Source of the DNA: Prevotella sp.
GTDB taxonomy: Bacteria > Bacteroidota > Bacteroidia > Bacteroidales > Bacteroidaceae
Reading direction: 5' to 3'
DNA: 64,000 bases
Assembly (NCBI GenBank): GCA_022511065.1
Contig: JAFLSG010000001.1
Span: forward strand, 63,801 to 127,800
Shown here: positions 58,951 through 64,000 of the stretch, one piece after another
How the letters are laid out: every line of letters begins with the position of its first letter
Position numbering within the stretch: the first letter of the stretch is position 1
The notes under the pieces: generated by a model
Databases searched by the model: none
What the model saw: the letters and a program-made list of their open reading frames with translations, nothing else
Told to the model about the DNA's origin: nothing
Made by a program: the position numbers and the translations under genes

Positions 58951-59205
58951 GAAAAATGCCGGATGCTCTCGATGTAAGAGCGCGAGGCGATACGGGAAAT
59001 ATTTCGGGACAAAGGGAGCGGCGGCAGCCGTGCCACATCTTGCTTGGGCGTGCCGGTCACATGGTTGGCTCGGGGCGCAAAGCCTGGAGTGATACGTGTA
59101 TTATTATATAGGTATTGACGGAGATCCTGTCGTGAGATAGCATCTCCTTCGTTAAAAAATGAGTTTGTATGCGGCGGAAGCCGATGATATATGGCAAAAT
59201 TAACG

Positions 59206-59213
59206 TAACTTTG
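59206..59213 (+). promoter_or_regulatory. -7 box (TAACTTTG) immediately upstream of the nuclease-helicase ATG
   Basis: TAnnTTTG ends 8 nt before the ATG at 59221. This implies a leaderless or very short leader mRNA, or a downstream start. Confidence 0.4.
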
Positions 59214-59220
59214 CGCGCTG

Positions 59221-62200
59221 ATGAAGATAGAAGAATTGTTTGAGCGGTGTGCGCGTTTGGCGGAGGTGGCCGAGCCAACGGCAGATGCCAACCGCTATAT
59301 GCACGAGACACTCGTGCTGTGCTGTGCCGAAGGGCTGCACAATTCAGGGCAGGCCTACGGCAATGTATTCTCGCAGGTGGATTATCTCTGCAAGCAGCAC
59401 GAAGTGCGCACAAGCGACAGGATTGCCATCCAGACGATGCGGCGGCACTCAAACCATCCGACGCCACTCAGCAGGGAAGACCTGATGTACGATGTCCGTG
59501 CGCTCTGCCTGCTGATTTCCGCCGTCTTCTCGGTGGATATTCCCGGCAATCTCGTGCGACTTATTCCCACGGAGAACAAGCCTTCGGCGCATCGGGCGGG
59601 CATCGACCACAAATATGTGCGCTGCATCGTCAGCCGATGGAATGACCAACTGATCTATGCAGACACGGACGACGGGGAGATTGCCATTGACTACACCTAC
59701 AATGAAAACGGTGCGGACTTCGGTTATCTGAAGAAATTGCTGTGCGAGGGGATGCAGTTGAATCTGTTGGACTGCAAATTAGTGCGCGCAGACGAGGCTG
59801 CTGATTGCGACGATAAAGAGGCTGATTACAATGATAAGGAGGCATCTTATGATAATAACCAGGCTTCTTACGAGGGGATGCAAATACTCCGCCCCGGCCT
59901 TGTGGTGGTGGAGCCGGATTTCATGGTGGATATTTCCGCCATTGCCCGCTGCTTTACCGACTACGGTCATCACCCGCTGCTCTACACCACGAACCGCCTG
60001 AAGAAGCGGGCTGTGACGCAGCCCATCCTCTTGGGAAACTTTGCGGGTACGGCTTTGGACGGGATTATCAACAGCGATGCGTTTCAGATGGGTGACGCCA
60101 TCACAAACATCTTTCGCGAACAGGCGCTGCAATTCTCTTGCCTGAACGATTTCGACGGCGGACAATTCAAGGAGGATGCCAGTCAGCAAGTGGGGCATAT
60201 ACAAGAGGCAGTGCAGGTGTTTTTTAGTGAGCATGACCGCTATCAGGCGCTCTTGGAACCGTCATTCGTCTGCGAGCGTTTGGGACTTCAGGGGCGTGTC
60301 GATCTGATGACCGCCGACATGAAGCTGTTAGTGGAGCAGAAAGCGGGCAAGAACATGAACATAGAACACCCCTCCGAGGGCAACCAGCAGCGTGAGGACC
60401 ACTACGTTCAGCTGCTATTATATTATGGTGTGCTGCGCTATAACTTCGGGATTTCCGACGAGAAAGCAGACATTCGCCTGCTTTATTCCAAGTATCCCGC
60501 CCGCGAAGGCTTGATGGTCGTGAACTTCTACCGCCAACTATTCCGCGATGCCATCAAGTTTCGCAACCAAGCCGTTGCCACGGAATATATGATGGCACGG
60601 GAGGGATTCGGTAAGATTCTGCCCCATCTTGCACTCCCGACCATCTACGGTGGTGCGAAGCGAGATACCTTTTTCACCCGGTTTATCGAGCCGGAGTTGT
60701 TGGAGATAGAACGGCATCACGCCGCCCTTTCGCCCTTTGAGCGTACCTATTATACCCGTATGATGACCTTTGTCTATCGCGAGCAGCTTTATGCAAAGGT
60801 CGGTTCGCAGGAAGGTAAATCCGCTTCGGTGGCTGATCTCTGGAACATGCCGCTGCACGAAAAGCGTGATACGGGTAACATCTATACCGACTTGACCATC
60901 ATTGACCGCCAGCAGTCTGCCCCCCATCGCGGCTATGACGTGCTGACTTTCGCCATTCCCGAGCAGGGAAGCGACTTCCTTCCGAACTTCCGCCGCAACG
61001 ATATGGTGTATCTTTATGCCTCGGAGGGCGAACCGGATGTCTGTAAGAGCATCTTGTATAAGGGTACGATAGCGCAGATAGGGGAGGGCGAGGTCATGGT
61101 AAGGCTAAACGACGGACAGCAAAATCCGAATGTATTCCCACAGGAACGGAAGTACGTGATAGAGCATGGAGACTCTGACCTGACGACGACGAGCAACATC
61201 CGCAGTCTGCACGAACTGATGTCGGCGCAGCCTTCGCAGCGGAATCTGCTGCTCGGGCAGCGTGCGCCGGAGGCGGATATGGCGCAAACGCTCTCCAAAA
61301 ACTATCATCCCGACTATGACGAGGTGCTGCTGAAAGCCAAGCAAGCCAAGGATTACTTCCTGTTGATTGGGCCTCCTGGTACGGGAAAGACCTCGAAAGC
61401 ACTGCGCTATATGGTAGAGGAAGCACTCACTACAGGCGGCGAGGCGCTTCTGCTGCTGAGCTATACCAACCGCGCTGTGGATGAAATCTGCGCGATGCTC
61501 AGCGGTGCGGGGTTTGATTACGTGCGGATTGGCAGGGAAAGCTCGTGCGACCCTCGCTTTGCCAGTCATCTGCTGGAGCATCAGTTGGGGGAGAATCCGA
61601 AACTGGATGATGTCCGTCGCCGGCTCTTACAGGTTCCTATCATCGTGGGAACCACCTCGATGATTCAGGCAAACGCCTCCATTTTCGCGCTGAAACCGTT
61701 CGGACTGGCAATTATCGACGAGGCTTCACAGATATTAGAGCCGAACTTGGTAGGCATCTTGTCGAGTGTGCGGAAGTTCATACTGATAGGCGACCACAAG
61801 CAATTGCCCGCTGTCGTGCAGCAGCCGGAGGCGGAGAGCAAGGTCGCGGACGAGTGTCTGCAAGCCATCTGCCTGACCGATTGCCGCCATTCGCTCTTCG
61901 AGCGGCTGCTCCGTTGGGAGCGGAAGTGCGGGCGTGAGCAGTTTGTTGGCGTGCTTCGCAAGCAGGGGCGCATGCATCCGGCGATAGCGGAATTCCCTTG
62001 CAGGATGTTCTATGCTGCCGAGCAATTAGAGCCTGTGCCTTGCGAGCATCAGCAAGAAACGTCGCTCGGCTACGACTTAGCGGCGGAAGACGCATTGGAT
62101 GAACGGCTCAAAGCGCAGCGTATGCTGTTCATTCCCTCGGAAGATGAGCGGGGAATCGGCATCCCATGCTCCGACAAGGCAAACCTTTCGGAAGCGCGCA

Positions 62201-62598
62201 TCGTGGCAGACTTGCTGCGGCGCATCCATCGTTTCTACGGGGAACGCTTCGATGCAGACACGACGGTGGGCGTGATTGTGCCTTACCGCAACCAGATAGC
62301 GATGATACGCAAGGAGGCGGAGAAGCTGGGAATTGCGGAATTGGCGGGTGTCACGATTGACACCGTGGAGCGCTATCAGGGTTCGCAGCGCGATGTAATC
62401 ATCTATTCATTCACCGTCAGCCACGGCTATCAGCTTGATTTCCTGACCGCCAACAGCTTTGAGGAAGAGGGCAAGACGATAGACCGCAAACTGAATGTGG
62501 CCATTACTCGCGCCCGCTGCCAACTGCTGCTGACGGGCAATGAGCGCATACTCCGCCAGAACGCCATATTCGATGAACTGATAAATTTCTGTAAATAA
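59221..62598 (+). CDS. PD-(D/E)xK nuclease plus SF1 (Dna2/Upf1-like) helicase fusion protein
   Basis: GRVDLM...LVEQKAGK (D-ExK), Walker A GPPGTGKT, DEASQ, GDHKQLPAVV, RMHP, TVERYQGSQRDVIIYS, LNVAITRAR. Confidence 0.85.
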   Translation: MKIEELFERCARLAEVAEPTADANRYMHETLVLCCAEGLHNSGQAYGNVFSQVDYLCKQHEVRTSDRIAIQTMRRHSNHPTPLSREDLMYDVRALCLLISAVFSVDIPGNLVRLIPTENKPSAHRAGIDHKYVRCIVSRWNDQLIYADTDDGEIAIDYTYNENGADFGYLKKLLCEGMQLNLLDCKLVRADEAADCDDKEADYNDKEASYDNNQASYEGMQILRPGLVVVEPDFMVDISAIARCFTDYGHHPLLYTTNRLKKRAVTQPILLGNFAGTALDGIINSDAFQMGDAITNIFREQALQFSCLNDFDGGQFKEDASQQVGHIQEAVQVFFSEHDRYQALLEPSFVCERLGLQGRVDLMTADMKLLVEQKAGKNMNIEHPSEGNQQREDHYVQLLLYYGVLRYNFGISDEKADIRLLYSKYPAREGLMVVNFYRQLFRDAIKFRNQAVATEYMMAREGFGKILPHLALPTIYGGAKRDTFFTRFIEPELLEIERHHAALSPFERTYYTRMMTFVYREQLYAKVGSQEGKSASVADLWNMPLHEKRDTGNIYTDLTIIDRQQSAPHRGYDVLTFAIPEQGSDFLPNFRRNDMVYLYASEGEPDVCKSILYKGTIAQIGEGEVMVRLNDGQQNPNVFPQERKYVIEHGDSDLTTTSNIRSLHELMSAQPSQRNLLLGQRAPEADMAQTLSKNYHPDYDEVLLKAKQAKDYFLLIGPPGTGKTSKALRYMVEEALTTGGEALLLLSYTNRAVDEICAMLSGAGFDYVRIGRESSCDPRFASHLLEHQLGENPKLDDVRRRLLQVPIIVGTTSMIQANASIFALKPFGLAIIDEASQILEPNLVGILSSVRKFILIGDHKQLPAVVQQPEAESKVADECLQAICLTDCRHSLFERLLRWERKCGREQFVGVLRKQGRMHPAIAEFPCRMFYAAEQLEPVPCEHQQETSLGYDLAAEDALDERLKAQRMLFIPSEDERGIGIPCSDKANLSEARIVADLLRRIHRFYGERFDADTTVGVIVPYRNQIAMIRKEAEKLGIAELAGVTIDTVERYQGSQRDVIIYSFTVSHGYQLDFLTANSFEEEGKTIDRKLNVAITRARCQLLLTGNERILRQNAIFDELINFCK
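59791..59871 (+). repeat. family-1 21-nt units in frame inside the nuclease-helicase (array F)
   Basis: gacgataaagaggctgattac, aatgataaggaggcatcttat and gataataaccaggcttcttac. Translated as DDKEADY NDKEASY DNNQASY. Confidence 0.7.
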
Positions 62599-62633
62599 AG
62601 ATAGATAACTGCATTGATGTCACGGAATTTACT

Positions 62634-62641
62634 TACCTTTG
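62634..62641 (+). promoter_or_regulatory. -7 box (TACCTTTG) for the TonB-dependent receptor
   Basis: TAnnTTTG 57 nt upstream of the ATG at 62698. Confidence 0.5.
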
Positions 62642-62697
62642 CGCCCGCTTGCCGGTTCACTGGTCTGCACCGTCTTCAGAAAAAGGTGCTGGCAAGG

Positions 62698-64000
62698 ATG
62701 AATAAAATGCAAAGAAACTGCGGGTTGCTTGTTCTGATGACCTCTCCAATAACTGCCCTCGCTGACGGGCAATCCCTTCGCAACGACACGATTGTGGAGA
62801 AGACTCACTATCTTCAGGAGGTGACGGTGACGGAGACCCGTCGCCATCACGAGGTGACGAGCACCGCCCCCCTGCACATTCTCGACAGGAAGGAAATGCT
62901 GAGCCTCGGCGTGACCGACATCGCCGATGCGCTGCACCGCATTCCCGGCGTGACTTTGCGCGACTATGGCGGTGCGGGAGGCATGAAGGTGGTGTCCGTG
63001 CGCGGCTTCGGTGCGAAGCATACGGGGGTAAGTTACGACGGCATTGCACTGAGCGACTGCCAGAGCGGTGAGATTGATCTCTCGCGCTATTCGCTTGACA
63101 ACGTGGAGCAACTATCGCTTGTCATCGGTGACAATGACGACATCTTTATCCCTGCCAAGAATGCAAGTACCCCGGCGCTACTGAACATTCAGACCATCGG
63201 ACTGCCCACGGGCGATACCCGTCCGCATCTGACGGCACAGTTGAAGGCAGGCTCATTCGGTTATGTCAGCCCCTTCCTACGCTATGAGCAGAATCTCTCC
63301 GACAAGTTTGCTTTCTCGGCAGCGGGCGAATATACCTACGCAGAGAATGACTATCCCTTTGAACTCCGCAACATTTCGATTGTCACGCACGAGCGTCGCA
63401 CGAACAGTCGGATGAACGCGGGGCACGGAGAACTGAACTTTGTATGGAATGCCGATGCCTTCAACAGGCTTGGCGGTAAGATATACTACTATGACAACGA
63501 CCGGCAGTTGCCGGGACAAGTGAGGTATTACACCGACCTCAACAAGGAGATGCTGCACGACCGCAACTTCTTCGGACAGTTGCAGTATCAGACACACAAC
63601 CGCACGGGCTGGTCGCTGAAGTGGAATGGCAAGTTCAATTGGAATGCCTCCATCTATAAAGACCCGCTGTATTCCGGCGGTGTCAATGACGCAAGCTACT
63701 GGCAGCGCGAGGCATATACCTCGGCGGCGGTGCTGTATGCACCTTCGGAGCAATGGGCTTTCGACTACTCCGCCGACTACAGTTTCAACAATCTGAACAG
63801 CGTGGCATTCCGCACCATCAATACACGGCCTTACCGTCATACGCTATTGCAGTCCGCCACCGCGAAGTATCGCAACGGTCGGCTGACGGCATTGGCACGC
63901 CTGTTGCACTCCACCTACCTGAATGACGCGAAGGATGGCGAGGGTGCGCGCAATATGCGGCGACTCTCTCCCTCGCTCTCACTCTCCTATCGGTTAGTTC
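62698..64000 (+). CDS. TonB-dependent receptor, BtuB-like (3' end beyond the window)
   Basis: Not in the ORF track because there is no stop in the window. I translated 434 codons by hand with no stop. Plug-domain motifs are present: DIADALHRIPGVTLRDYGGAGGMKVVSVRGFG and IDLSRYSLDNVEQLSLV. Confidence 0.85.
   Translation, partial: MNKMQRNCGLLVLMTSPITALADGQSLRNDTIVEKTHYLQEVTVTETRRHHEVTSTAPLHILDRKEMLSLGVTDIADALHRIPGVTLRDYGGAGGMKVVSVRGFGAKHTGVSYDGIALSDCQSGEIDLSRYSLDNVEQLSLVIGDNDDIFIPAKNASTPALLNIQTIGLPTGDTRPHLTAQLKAGSFGYVSPFLRYEQNLSDKFAFSAAGEYTYAENDYPFELRNISIVTHERRTNSRMNAGHGELNFVWNADAFNRLGGKIYYYDNDRQLPGQVRYYTDLNKEMLHDRNFFGQLQYQTHNRTGWSLKWNGKFNWNASIYKDPLYSGGVNDASYWQREAYTSAAVLYAPSEQWAFDYSADYSFNNLNSVAFRTINTRPYRHTLLQSATAKYRNGRLTALARLLHSTYLNDAKDGEGARNMRRLSPSLSLSYRLV

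Noticed and set aside
58889-59092. 67-aa ORF downstream of or overlapping the riboswitch as the riboswitch-regulated gene
   Set aside because: It starts inside the riboswitch aptamer, before the B12 box. It has an Arg/Ala-rich shadow-like composition and no recognisable family.
1-64000. Search for tRNA, rRNA, tmRNA, integrase or transposase genes
   Set aside because: No T-loop (GGTTCGAATCC-like) context or rRNA-like segment was found in the intergenic regions, and no ORF has recombinase or transposase motifs. By-eye scanning could miss a divergent small RNA.

Overview
This is a chromosomal segment from a Bacteroidota genome, probably Prevotella-like. That call is an inference from three things: TAnnTTTG -7 promoter boxes in front of most operons, a T9SS C-terminal sorting domain, and the gene content. 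All coordinates of motifs and repeats were counted by hand. No searches were run.

Gene content from left to right:
- Housekeeping genes: leuS, a yitT-like gene, rdgB and nadA.
- An AT-rich gap with a DnaA-box cluster, next to a low-GC two-gene cassette (DUF2075-type nuclease/ATPase plus NUDIX) bounded by inverted repeats.
- An arabinoxylan-type utilisation block: GH43, two GPH symporters, a SASA-type esterase and GH51.
- ECF sigma modules, an M48 peptidase, and rnc-fabF-acpP.
- LPS and glycan genes: GT9, a nucleotidyltransferase/aminotransferase fusion, an opine-dehydrogenase-like gene, LicD, a Wzx flippase and an acyltransferase.
- A CzcCBA-type RND efflux operon.
- A cobalamin salvage and lower-ligand locus (cobC, cobQ, cobD, cobS, cbiB, cobT, cobU plus ABC transporter parts), interrupted by a GH2 gene.
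- A cobalamin riboswitch, a 1125-aa PD-(D/E)xK plus SF1 nuclease-helicase, and a 3'-truncated TonB-dependent receptor.

No tRNA, rRNA, CRISPR array, transposase or integrase was seen.

Most interesting signals:
1. A dispersed family of 21-nt phased palindromic units (17-nt core ATAAS..S..STTAT). It forms tandem arrays in intergenic regions and also sits in frame, as translated heptads, inside at least four unrelated genes. A second 21-nt periodic in-frame insertion lies in the alkD-like gene.
2. The inverted-repeat-bounded DUF2075-NUDIX cassette beside a six-site DnaA-box cluster.
3. A promoter-equipped cobalamin riboswitch whose nearest downstream gene is the nuclease-helicase. The BtuB-like receptor it would be expected to control lies 3.7 kb further on behind its own promoter.
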